Assembly (NCBI GenBank): GCA_051294375.1 | Contig: CM119268.1 | Location: 7,212,861-7,276,860, forward strand | Length of the DNA stretch: 64,000 nucleotides | Direction of reading: 5' to 3' | Origin: Paraspadella gotoi | Taxonomy: Eukaryota > Animalia > Chaetognatha | Part shown: one piece after another, positions 37,229 to 50,105 of the stretch | How positions within the stretch are numbered: position 1 is the first letter of the stretch | Layout of the letters: every line of letters starts with the position of its first letter | The notes under the pieces: generated by a model | What the model saw: the letters and a program-made list of their open reading frames with translations, nothing else | Database searches by the model: none | Told to the model about the DNA's origin: nothing | Position numbers and translations under genes: made by a program

Positions 37229-40200
37229 GCAAAGTAGATGATCAGATAAATAAATAGATAGCTAAATAGATGGATAGTTAAAAAAATATTAAATAGATAC
37301 ATACATTAAGACCGATAAAAATTACAAACGGATTGAATTAACGGAAAGACAATAAAAGAATAAAAAGATACCGACCTTGGTCTTGCCGCAGCGGAAAGAG
37401 TCGGGGTCCATGCCGGCCATGACCAGAGCCTTCTGGGCGCAGTTCTTGGGGTCATCCTTCATGTCGGAGAAGACTTTGGGGGCGACGATGGAGTAGCGCA
37501 CCATGAAGTCGGCGTGGGGCACCTGATTTGGTACGTCAATCGAAGAACCAATCAAGCAATCAATCAATTTAAAATCAATCTAAAATCTATTTTTATATCA
37601 ATCAATTAATTTTTTCCAAATAAATTCAATTAATTTAAAATCTAACAATCAATCAATCGTTTAGTATGGGATAGAAAATGTATCAATCAATCAATCAACC
37701 CAGCAATCAATTCATTTATCAATAGCTCGTTTTTTTTTCGCGTTTTTATTCAGAATTATATATTTTTTTTAAAAAACTTCGCTGTTGGAACTGACCTTGT
37801 TAGGCAGACCCAACATGCAAATACGGATGCCCTCCAGCACGCCGTTGCAGTTGAGCTGATGCATGACGAGGGGAGCGTCGATGTGGCCAGACTTCTTGAT
37901 CTCGTTGGGGATGATGCATCGCACGAAGTGAGGGTGAGTCGAGTGCAAGTTGTGCATCAACTTGTGCAGGGATTCCCTGGGGACGAAAGGAGAGAGAAGT
38001 TGGTGATTTTTGAGGCAAATGCTTAATGTGCCATAATGCCATATTGCATGGCCTCGCATAAACATAGTTGCATGTGCGGGCCTAATACTTTTTATAACAT
38101 ATTATATTTATTGGTACATTCTCGGAATTTGTGTTTTTTTGTTCTTTTTGCTAATCTTAAACTTTTTTGTCCTTTTTTGATTTTTCTCTTTCGTTTCTTT
38201 CTTCTTTTTTGATTTTCTATACTTCATTCAACTTAACTAACTTGAACTAAATTGAACTAAACTTAACTAAATTCAACTTTACTAAATTGAACTAAATTGA
38301 ACTAAACTTAACAAAGTTCAACTTAACTAAATTCAACTAAATTGAACTAAACTTAACTAAATTCAACTTAATTAAATTGAACTAAAATGAACTAAACTTA
38401 AATAAATACAACTTAACTAAATTGATCTAAATTGAACTAAACTTAACTAAATTCAACTTAACTAAATTGAACAGACAAAATCGTACAAATGAACTCTAGT
38501 GCACTCGAATCGGATCAAGCCGGACGGACTGATCCCTATCCTGACCTGTGGGCGGCGGAGATGGTCATCATGGATGAGCCCTTCTTCTTCTCGCCGGTGT
38601 CCTTCTCAGTGAAGACCAGAGCCACGATGGGGTTTCCGGCTCCGGCCATCATGCCGATCACAGCCTCGTTCACGGGATCCTTTGGGTGGAGGTGAAGATC
38701 GGGTGAAGGGAACACGATGAGCACAAAAGTCAATGACCACACTCCTTTAATAATCAGAAGGTGAAATTCGTGTAAAGGAACAAACATGACCAGTGACCAC
38801 AATAGCCAAGGACAAAATTGAATATTTGTTTAATAAATTAAGTCACAAAATTTTTTTTAAAACGTTTTTACTTTGAAACTTTTCGATTTTGTTTTTTTTT
38901 ACCATGTCTTCTGAATTTACTTTTATTCGAATATATAAACTTTTTTTAAATGTCTTTATCATTTGCTATTAATTAAAAATAGGAAGCCAGGTACTCTGGG
39001 AGTGAATAAACGAGATTGTGAGAGAGTCTTGATGGAAAGCTTGCAGGGACCTGCTATGTCATTATCTTGTAAGAAGTGATGGAGGCCTTAAACCACCAAA
39101 GCGCCTGTCCAAAGTCAGGGGCAAGATAGCTTATTTATTTAATGAATGGATAATTTTTATTATTGGTTGTACCAATTTCATAAAAATCAGCTGCTTGTTT
39201 TTTGATGCTAGTGCGGAGTACAATAAGTATTCCCGATCTAATACTAAGGGAGTGGTCTTTTCATACAATTGAAACATTCTTTGAAAAAATTTTTCCACTT
39301 CATTGATAGGGAAGCCAGGTACTCTGGGAGTGAATAAACGAGATTGTGAGAGAGTCTTGATTGAAAGCTTGCAGGACTGCCTGCTATGTCATTATCTTGT
39401 AAGAGTGATGGAGGCCTTAAACCACCAAAGCCTGTCCAAAGTCAGGGGCAAGATAGCTTATTTATTAAATGAATGGATATTTTATATTGGTTGTACCAAT
39501 TTCATAACATAAATTTTCGAGACCCACCTTGTTCTTGAAAAGCCAGCCGGTGACGTTGTAGCCGACGGTTCCGGCGTAGTGATGGATCTCGAAGTGAGAC
39601 TCGGGCTTGCCCTTCTTGGCAGGCTTGGGCTTGCCAAAGGACTTGTGCTTGCCCAAGTGCTTGCCCATGAGCTTCTCGAGGTAGGTCTTGTCGGTGGCCT
39701 TGGGCACGATGCACTCCTCCTCCAGCATGGCGAGGATGCCCATCTTCTTCTCGATGAGCTCGATGGTCTTGACCAAATCCATGCCGAAGTCGACGAAGGC
39801 CCACTGGATGCCCTCCATCTTGTACTCTTCCTGCTCCTGGACGAACATGTGGTGGTTGAAGAACTGCTGGAGACGCTCGTTGGTGTAGTTAATCAGCAGC
39901 TGCTCCAGCACGTTGAGCTCGAAGATCTCGAAGCCTGAGCGAAAGTAGGGGAGTGTAGTTTAGGGTGGTTTCCGAGTTAGTTAGATCTCGTTCCTTACGC
40001 AACAATTAGTACAATTGCATTTTAAAATTTTAAAATTAACTCATCAATCAACCAATGAATCGGTCATTGAATCAAGTCGATCTCAAACTAAGCGCTTCTG
40101 TTTCTTTTGTTCTAAAACTTAAATTAATTAATTGATCGATCAATCGTCCAATCAACCAATCAAAATAATTAACATGTGAAACAAGTCAATCAATCAATCA

Positions 40201-42288
40201 ATCCTCACCGGCGATGTCCAAGACACCGATGAAGTTCTTCCTCGGGTTGGGCGTGTCGAGAGAATCGTTGACTTTGGCGACGATCCAATCGAACATCCTG
40301 GCGAAGAGAGACTTGGAGGTGGCGGAGACCGAGAAGGAGACCTTGGAGGGGGGGTTGGGGAGAATGAATGAACGAATGAATGAATGAATGAATGAATGAA
40401 TGAATGAATGAATGAATGAATGAATGAATGAATGAATGAATGAATGAATAAATTAAAGAATCATTGAATGATTGAATTCATGAAAAAATCCAAAAAAATC
40501 AATTAATTCGATTATTAATTGGTGAATGAATGAATGAATTATTGAATGAATGAATGAATGAATTATGGAATGAATGAATGAATGAATGACGAACCAATCA
40601 AAACCCAAACCGAATCGTCTCCAACCGAAATCCTCCATTACCTGATCCAAATTTTGTCCCTTCTTGACGAAGTCCTTGCCGACCTTCAACTTGGGCTTCA
40701 TGAAGGTGTCGACGAAGTAGTCGCACTCGATGCAGAGGAGATCCGCCGCCTTGGAGATGTGCTCCTGCCCGTCGGGCTCGGCCTGCTCCTCGCGACCCTT
40801 CATCTTCCACTTCTGGTTGCCCATGTAGCAGATGGCGATGGTGCCCTGTTTGCGCGAAGAGAAGGAGGGAGTGTGAAGGGGGGGACATTGGGAAGGGGGG
40901 GGGGAACATTGGATGATGAAAGGTTTAAAGGTGGAGTCAGGGAGTTTATATTATAAAATTTAATCGAATTTTTTATTTTATTTACGTACGCGGTTGGAGT
41001 TGTGGTTCTAATTCTTTAATTTTTTTTTCTTTTGAACTAAAATTTAATGAATACGTTTTTTTTTTTGCAAACTACAGGAAATTAATATTTTTTTAAAAAT
41101 AAATTATTTTAATAATTAATATTTAACGAATTCCCTTTTAATTTCTTAATCGGAGTCGTCGCACCTTGAAGAGACCATCCTTCTCCTCCTGGCCGAAGCC
41201 CAGGATGTCGAAGGCCTCGTCGGTGGCCCTCATCTCAGCCGCGTCGTCCATCTTGTCGACGGTCAAAACGCCCTGTGGATCGAGAGTCAAATTCGGAGAG
41301 TAAACTAAGGGAAGGGTCTTTTCACGCCAGACTATATCAAGTTATAAACTAAGGAAACTGGTCAATCAATCAATCCGTTCTGATCATTCAATGTTCATAG
41401 GTAGATATTCTCGTTCAAAACTCGAGCTGTGTGGTGGTATAACGATCATTCAGCCAATACCATGGGCTCAGAGGGGGAACACACCAGGCGTTGTGTTCCA
41501 TCCACAGTCTTAACGACTTCCCTCTGCGTTGGCAAAGCGAGACCGTCCTAGGGTAACCGCGCCAGTGACTGGAGGCGTCACTGAGGGTCGGAAGCCCCCA
41601 AAGCCAACAGTGAGATGCCACATCCCAATGGGCATCACAGGCAACCCGGCTGTTGCCGTACCTGATTGATGAAGTAATAATCTCCGGGGTTCGGCTTGGC
41701 CCCGAGCAAGCACATGCCGTGGTACTGAGGGTAAGCGTCCGTCATGATCTGGTAGAAGATGTGGTAGTTCCTCTCGATCTCCAACTGGAAGGTGATGCGA
41801 GACTTCTCCAGCAGGTAAGTCTCGATGTCGGCGGCGGCGATCTTCGACGTCGGGCCGAAGTGGATACGGATGAACTTACCCTGGAGTGATGGAAAGAGGG
41901 TAAAGTGGAAGGAGAGGGTAAAAAAAATAGATAAACAAATGCTCATAGAATAACAAAATAAACAAATTAATGATGAAAAAAAAATTATACGAAAAATCGA
42001 AAATTGAGATTAACTGGATTAACGTTTTTAAGTTAACAACTTGAGATAAATGTAAACTAACAAAAGACAAATAAAATAAGTACCAAAATAACAAATAAAA
42101 CTTTGAAAACTTACGAATCGGGAAGAGTTGTTGTTCCTGACGGTCTTGGCGTTACCGTAGGACTACTCCAGAGGGGGTTGTGGACAATCTGGTCCTCAAG
42201 GGATCCCATCTTGCCCGAAGTGTCGGCCTTGGACTTGGCGGCCTGAAGTGGAAATTAGGCAAAGGGGGTATTGAGAGAGAGGAGAGAG

Positions 42289-42366
<78 letters not shown>

Positions 42367-43983
42367 TATTCTCCTGCACTTTACGGAGTTCTACTTTTTA
42401 ATTCACTCGATATTGAAATTCGATATCTAACGGTGTCTTGGAAATCCATTATTGATGTACGGTAATTTTTTTTATTTGGTCTAAAAAAAAAAAAAAAAAA
42501 CGTTTGCTAATTTTTTTTCCATCTCTACGACCGGAAGTTGCCGTAAGATGGATATCGTCAAACATTTGGGCACCGACTTCGTTGAGAGAAAAAAGTATTT
42601 TATAATTATACAAAAAATTATAAATAAATACAATAACAAAATAAACAAATAATAAATGAATAATAATAAAACAAATAAACTTTTTTTCAAATAACCTCAC
42701 CTTGGGATCGGCGCAGTTCAGAGCAAAGTACTGCAAGACTTTCTTTGTGTTCTCAGTCTTTCCGGCACCAGATTCGCCGGTAATGAGAGAAGACTGATTC
42801 TTGTTCTCTGTAAAACGAAATGAATATTTTTATTGTTAAGTCAATCTATATATACATTTTATTATTATTATAATGCTATTGAATCCTTTTTTTTTTCGCT
42901 GAGTTTGAAAAGAGAGAACAGTTTTGTTTAATTTGGTTTTTATTATTAATACACTAATTACACTTCAACAATTTTAAAAATAGATTACCGACTTCCCCAC
43001 TCCCAACTCTTTTCTTTCCCAACCAAATTCCCCCAATTTTTTTGCAAACAACAACAACAACAAATCCACTTCCCTAGCGAACTCACCCATCTCCAGAAGC
43101 TGCAGGGCGCCGTCAGCCACGGCGTACAAGTGAGGCGGGGCCTCGTTCCTCCTCTTGTTCCTGTAGAAAGCTCTCATGATGTCGGTGTACACCATGAGCC
43201 ATTTGTAGGGGTTGATACAGATACAGAAGAGACCGGAGTAGGTGTAGATCTGCAGGACCTTGTAGCGGGTCCTCAGGTTGTGGAGGACGCAAGCTCTGAG
43301 TTGGGGGGGAGAAATGTGAAGTAATTAATGTCAATATACCGACAATAACTAGTTTGTAAAGTAACTTTTCAGAATTGTCAACTTGCCGTATTAGACAAAT
43401 TGATAGGAATTAGTTGACGTCGTTATTGTAGTCTTAACTTGCAAAAAAGGGAAAAAAATATTTCAATATTTCAATATTTCAATTTTTTTCTCTGTCGAGT
43501 TACAAATAAATAAAAACAGCATCGATGAAAAAAAATTCGTAAGAACGTGAAACGGAATCTCAGTTGTTGTCAGTCTTTTATATATATAAAAACAATTAAG
43601 TTAATCTTCAGTAAAGCCAAAAGGCAAAAAAAAGGCCAAAGGCAAGAATGTTACAAAAAAACTTTAGCAATAAGTGACTCCAAAACCACGTGAACCTTTT
43701 CACGCGAAGTTGAGAGACTCGTCTCGAGACTCACTTGTTGAGGATGGACAAGTTGGACATATCCTCCTCCTTCTCGAACTTGGGAGGGTTGCATTCCAAC
43801 ACCTCCGCCTTTGGAAGTTCATGAGTCTGAAAATAAATAAACATTAAAATATAGCTATATTTGATAAACAATGAAGAAAATGTAATAAAGAGAAGCATCC
43901 TGATAGGTAAGTTGCGAAGTTGTCATGGCCACAGGATTAAGCCACTCGCTACAGATGATGATGACGATGATGATGATGATGAT

Positions 43984-44063
<80 letters not shown>

Positions 44064-44543
44064 CGATACTGACCCCGGACGCAGCCTCGACGGTGTACTT
44101 GTCTCCAGCGACGTTGGTGACTTTTCCCCGGATGTAAACTTCATCCGGGTCCCCGATCCAGCAATCCGTCTGCGCGAAGGAAAAAAGCTAATTAATTAAT
44201 AAGCCAATCAATCAGTCATTCAGTCAATATATTGATGAATCGATCAAGAGTTTAATTAGCCAAACGGTCTTCAATTCTATTAATCAATCAAAAAAACTAA
44301 CATTTAATAAAAAAATCTACGTTCATTGATTGATTAATTAATCAAATTATGGTTATACATATAAATTATTCAATCAATAAATGTTTAGATGTATCAATCT
44401 TTGAACTAATCAATCGATCATTCCATCAACCTGACCTTCGGATCGTAAGGAGCGGATCTCTCGGCCATCAGCATATCCGATGGCGACTGAAGCCATAGCC
44501 AGTCCGGATGCTTGGGAGTCAATCTCTCGACCGGGGCGGCCAT
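36915..44543 (-). CDS. Mhc: Muscle-type myosin II heavy chain, N-terminal part (SH3-like domain, motor domain, converter, first IQ); 3' part not found in the window
   Basis: 15 GT-AG exons in transcription order: 44436-44543, 44074-44169, 43735-43826, 43087-43295, 42701-42807, 42115-42242, 41662-41880, 41165-41272, 40642-40845, 40209-40341, 39528-39934, 38546-38679, 37796-37976, 37376-37522, 36915-37051. Motifs: [33 protein letters not shown]-loop GESGAGKT, switch [26 protein letters not shown], switch [45 protein letters not shown]. Exon phases are compatible except for a frameshift/stop inside 42115-42242. Confidence 0.96.
38228..38472. repeat. 10-bp minisatellite (AACTAAATTG/AACTAAACTT)n in myosin intron 12
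   Basis: Direct tandem units with a higher-order pattern. Confidence 0.85.
38978..39510 (+). repeat. Tandem dimer (~325-bp period) of a dispersed repeat inside myosin intron 11
   Basis: 38978-39185 and 39305-39510 are near-identical; a third, inverted copy lies at 1-210. Confidence 0.85.
41420..41657 (-). repeat. Structured ~240-nt dispersed element in myosin intron 7 (sense orientation)
   Basis: About ten short perfect helices are visible by eye. Positions 41446-41546 match 63895-64000 (opposite genomic strand). Confidence 0.8.
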
Positions 44544-45259
44544 TTTTCTTTTTCTTTCTGCTTCGACTTCAGTTGAGGGGTTTTACGGACGTTGTTCTTG
44601 CTTCTGAGGGGGGGGTGAAAGAGAGGGTGGGTTGTATTTGTTTCTATTTATTGTTTTCTTAATTAATTCTTTGTAACTTTTCAAATTGTAAAAAAGTTTA
44701 CATATTTTTTTTATCTGTTTGCAATGATGTTAGTTTTGTAATACGTTGTGAACGAATAAAAGTGTATATTTATAAACTCTTGGTCTTGTTACTGTCACGA
44801 TTTATTTCTGATTATGATAATTTTATGATTGTATTTTAAAGAGTGTAATAAAAATATGTTGTTGTGAGCTTCATCTGTCGTTTTTGATCTTCAGCCTCTC
44901 TCTATGTTTTTAGTATGTAGTTTCTGTTTAGGTAAAAATATTATTTGATTTCGTTCATCTTGCTTTTTTTTATATGTAATTTAATCTTACTTTGAAACAG
45001 CCTTTCTCTCTTCTAACGAAATATATCTGATAAGTCGTAGTATTTCAAACATTCGACGTTTGAATTTATTAATTTATATTACATTTAAATCTTATCAACG
45101 AATGTTTCGCTTATGTTTTTTTTCTCTACAATGAAAATTAATAATAATAAAAAACATTGACCTTCCAATTTATGATTTTCTTCAAACGACGATATGAAAT
45201 GTCAATCACGTATCGGGCGTCGCTCTCTCTTAAGTTTTAACTCTCCCCTCCCGACTCAC

Positions 45260-45301
45260 CTAATCCCAGGCTGGAGGAGGGATTTTCGTTTCAGTAAAAC
45301 C
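45260..45301 (-). other. Candidate non-coding 5'-UTR exon of the myosin gene
   Basis: Bounded by acceptor CTCTCAG| and donor TTAG|GTGAGT. The next acceptor (exon start 44603) lies 60 nt before the ATG at 44543. Confidence 0.45.
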
Positions 45302-45357
45302 CTGAGAGCGGGATTAGAATATAGAGAGTGAGTGAATGCAGCGTCAAATCTTTTTCG

Positions 45358-45435
<78 letters not shown>

Positions 45436-45732
45436 TTTCTGTTCAAATTTTCTTTCGCGCCACGCGATTAATATTTCATTTCTCTTGCGAAAAAACAATT
45501 TTATTTTGTGAAAAAAATAAAATTTAGTTTTGATTCGATGAAGTTCCGCGAGTTAATTTTTTTTAAACTTTTTTAGATTTTAATGTCATTATCGATTTAA
45601 TTAATCCTTCATTATTAATACTATCTTTTTTTCCCCCCCAAGCACCAAATCGATTCTACTAAAAATGAAATAAGAAAGTACGAACCTCTCGCGTGTCCGT
45701 GTTGGTGGTGGGGATCGAAGCCCGGTCCTTCG

Positions 45733-45740
45733 CTTTTATA
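45733..45740 (-). promoter_or_regulatory. Candidate TATA box (TATAAAAG) of the myosin gene
   Basis: The minus strand reads GGGTATAAAAG. A plausible donor GAG|GTTCGT follows ~50 nt downstream (exon end 45686), and further splice sites lead to the ATG. Confidence 0.55.
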
Positions 45741-46838
45741 CCCGGCAAGAGGAGAGGGAGACGGAGAGGGCGGGAAGGAGGAGGAAGAGGAGGAAGAGGA
45801 GGTGGACGAGGGACAGCAAAGATCGAGCGTCAGCAAAGGATCGATCCTTTCAGTCGCGATCGAAAAAAAAAAAAAAGTCACGCGCTCGATTTCAACCTGA
45901 CTCGATCCTCGTAGCGACGTTCGACACTCCTCAGTCCCCACCCGATACCCACCGCCACCCTGCTGCTTTATCCACTCCCCCCACCTGCACCTACCTACCC
46001 AATACTCATACCCTACTTTTTTACCCACCCTGCAATCGCTCTGATCTTCTTTATTCACACTCCAACACCCTTAATCCTTTTTTTTAGTTTTTTTTCTCAA
46101 ATCTCTTTAAAAATAAATGTCATGTCCACTCCCAATCGCCACTCTCTCCTTCCCACTCAGTAGTCGACACTTCCCCACTCTCCCTGAAGTATTTAGGTCG
46201 CCTCCCCTTCCACATCCCCTTAAAGATCCACACCCTTCTTCACCCCGCATCCTGACACTAAACTCGTACCGAAAAGAGATTCTTGCGCCGTTTTTCTCCT
46301 CAAGTAGTTCAATAAATATCATAAACATAAACATAAAATTTTCCGATTATAATATTCTAATGTAAATGCTCGCTATCGTTGTCGGTGTATGTCGGTTTCT
46401 GTTTAATTTAAATACTATCGATTTGATATCATTTTATTTACTTTACTATATGCGTATAAAACCATTTTTAATTCGCGGCCTTCCCTTAGATAACGGAAAA
46501 AAAAAATAAAAAAGTAAAATGTCAGAAAAATTATGATTACAAATGTGATTACAAATTATGATTGAAAAGTAGACAATTTGTTGTTATAAGGAAAGGGCTT
46601 TCGTGATAATTGAATAAAAAATGAATATCTGTGTTAATAATGATTAGGGACAAAGAGAAAGAAAATGAGAACGATCACAAAATCGCCGTGAGATTCGCCG
46701 ACGGAGTCGTTATCGTCGTCGTCGTCGTCGTCGTCGTCGTCATCCTCTTCATCTCTCAGTCGGGAAAATCGGTCCCTGGGAGAAACGACTTCATGGTTAT
46801 TATCATCCCGCGGTCACTTCATACGTCGTCGTCGTCGT

Positions 46839-46928
<90 letters not shown>

Positions 46929-46940
46929 TGTCGTCGTCGT

Positions 46941-46976
<36 letters not shown>

Positions 46977-47685
46977 GTTTTACACAAGTTGAAAAGAATA
47001 AACGATTTCTGAGTGATATAATCTTTATAATCTTTTTAAATTGACTTTATAATCTTTATAAATTGACTTTCATTGTTCCTCATTTACTCCGTCGTTCAGA
47101 TTACAAATTTTGATCTACTTACGATAATACTATTAATTAAATTTAATTGTAAAATTACTCAATCACTTTCATTCAGTTATTAATAAATCCTTGTGCACAG
47201 CTTAGATTATCGTCGTCATTGTCATCATCATTGTTGTCGTCATTGTCGTCGTCATCATCATCACCGACGTCGTCCGACGGTCATGTAATTGTTATCATTG
47301 AATTCGTGGTGGTTATCATCATCTACAGGGTAGTGATTCAAAACTTAGAAAATCCGTATCACTTCATCTTTTTTTTATTTCGTGACACATCGGGTGCATT
47401 TAAAGAAAAAAAAATTGTTGGTAAGTTTAATATCAATAAACATAATTCGGGGTCGAGGAACGGAGATCAATGTTTGTTTGTAACAAAAACAGAGCAAGAA
47501 ATTAATTCTTAAAGTGATAAAAATTCGATTAAAATTATTAAACTTCCATTGGTGGGGGTTCTCGAGGCAACGCAATTTTGCCTCCAGCGACGTTCTTAAA
47601 GTAAAAAAAACTTTTTCCTTCCGCGCGGGGACACGTCATCATAGCCTTCCTAATGATTATCTTCATCATCGTTATCGTCATGATT

Positions 47686-47724
<39 letters not shown>

Positions 47725-48342
47725 GTCATCCTCCGCCTAAATCCCCCGTCCACCTGTCGGCGACTCAACGACTCAACGTCCTCGCGGATTTTAATTCGAT
47801 TTCCTTCGAATAATCGACTCGAATTTTAATTTTTTATTGGGGGGGGAATGATTTCGTTTTGTGTAATTAAATATTTATGCAATGAATTATTTAGGTTTAG
47901 GTTTTTTTTTCTACTAGATTTGGGAGAAGGGTGAGAGAGAGAGAGAGAGAGAGAGCTTATCTCCGACTGTGTCGGTCCATCTGTCTGTGACGTTTCGAGG
48001 GTTTGTTGTGTTTGAAACTATTAATGATTTATTTCGTGATGAAAAATGTTAGGGGAGACAGAGACAAACAGAGATAGAGCTAGAGACAGACAGAGAGAGA
48101 TAGATGGGAAATGAAAGAGAGATTTAGAGACACAAAAAGACACAAAGCGAAACTGAAAGACAGATAGAGAGAGAGAGAGGGAGACAACCCGCGCGTATGG
48201 GTTGACTTTGAAATCCGAAACCTTAAATTTTTATTCTGTTCGAATTTTTTTTTGCCTCTCTTCACCTACTCTCTATCTCTCCTTTCTTTGTCTTTTTACC
48301 TTACTTTCTCTTCTCTCTCATTTTCTCACTCTCTCTCTTCTC

Positions 48343-48421
<79 letters not shown>

Positions 48422-50036
48422 GACACAGGCTATTCATTAAAAATGTCTTCCTTGTTTTTGAAATTCAATTTTTTTTTAAACTTAAATCGTTTGTTGAGCA
48501 ACATGAGCACATTGTGCAGTTGTCCACTCCATATCTGCGAGTGATTTCCATCTCTTGCGACCCATAATCTTTAACGTGAGATGGCCTCACTTCGAGGTCG
48601 TCTGGCCACTCAGGCCACTCGCTCTCCATCTCGGGAGGAAAGAAGTGTAAGGAGATGAAACCTACTTCGAAGCCTCATGTTAAACATTTTAAAAAAGAGG
48701 AATTTGAAACAAGAAAAAAAGTAATTAAAATAAGAAATGTACCAGTCAACGAAAAGGCCAAGGATAAAGGACCAATTATATAACACTGATAACAGTTTGA
48801 AACAGCGAGTCAGCAGTGAAACACAGTTAATAAACTTAATAATACGTAAACATCTCTTTTGCTGCCCTGATTTATTTATTTTTTTTTGTAAACATAAGTC
48901 TAAAGACCAAAAAGGAAAGAATCCGTTGAAGTGAGACTTGCTTTCCTTATTGCTAACTAGCGAACGATAATAAAGCAAGCTATTTTGAGATTTTTTTTCT
49001 CAGTTTTTCTTTTCGTTTATCTGCTTTAAAACAACGCGATAATTAATCATAATCTACTTACCCGGTCCTGGCTAACGATCGGTACGAAACGCAAATGTTT
49101 GAAAAAGCGCGCGTAATTCTTCATAACAATAAAGATAAGAGATAATCGGGATAAATAGCGTCTTCTTGGTTGGAACTCGCGCGAGTTAAGAATGTTCTTT
49201 CTTTAAAATTAAAAGAAAGTTAAGTTGCATTTCAGTTTTAGGTTCAGTACGGTAATGCGTCAGTTCATCACTATTTGGACAAGTCCTATTTCAAAAACAG
49301 TTAATTGATAATAGGCTTCGCAGACATAAATTATTTTCTACAAAATACAATAGTTTCAAGCGCAATTTTGGATTTATGAGAAAACACTTTTCACAAAAAA
49401 AAATTATATATTCGTATATAAAATTGTATAACGGCACTCAAAAATATGAGACATTCGCTATTTAGACAGAAGCTTAATTAGTCGAAAAAAAATATCTTCA
49501 TAAAATCACAACGTGCTCGGTGCTGCCAGATGCGAACTGATGAAATTCAAATCGGGAAATTTGAAATCTAAAAGCAAACGAGAGGAATTTCAGCGCCGGT
49601 GGCGAAGCTATAACGAGCGGAAAAAGTTGCTTTCGAGAAATCTAATTTTGAGGCGACTTACGACCAAAGTTCGTAACAAAGTTCGTAAAATTTTAGGATA
49701 TCAAGTTTTTTAACCTTTCACAGTTATTAATTTCAAACTTTTTTCCTAAAATTTCCTCATGTTTACCGTTCAGAGTCTCCATTATTTACAAAACGCGGCG
49801 CCAGCATCTTTCTCAAGCTCCGCACGATTTTTCTCCGCCGTCGTCACGTCTTTTTATTCTTTTTCATTTTTTTTCTTCTGATTGACACGAGACTCCATCA
49901 TCGTCGATGTCTAATGAGACCGTCTTTAGTGCAACAACAGAGCCAACTGCTTTCAAGGCTTCTTTGCTTTGTCCTTCAAACTGGCGATTAACATTAGGCT
50001 AAGGTGGCTATTCTCTCTCTCTCTCTCTCCTCCTCT

Positions 50037-50105
<69 letters not shown>

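Noticed and set aside
45690-45760. GGGCTTCGATCCCC B-box-like motif and a twister-like GCCGGGTATAAAAGCGAAGG on the minus strand
   Set aside because: No A-box, cloverleaf or twister pseudoknot partner; better explained as the myosin TATA box and first exon.
48500-48630. tRNA A-box-like GTGGCCTGAGTGG on the minus strand
   Set aside because: No convincing B-box or cloverleaf; at most a decayed SINE head.
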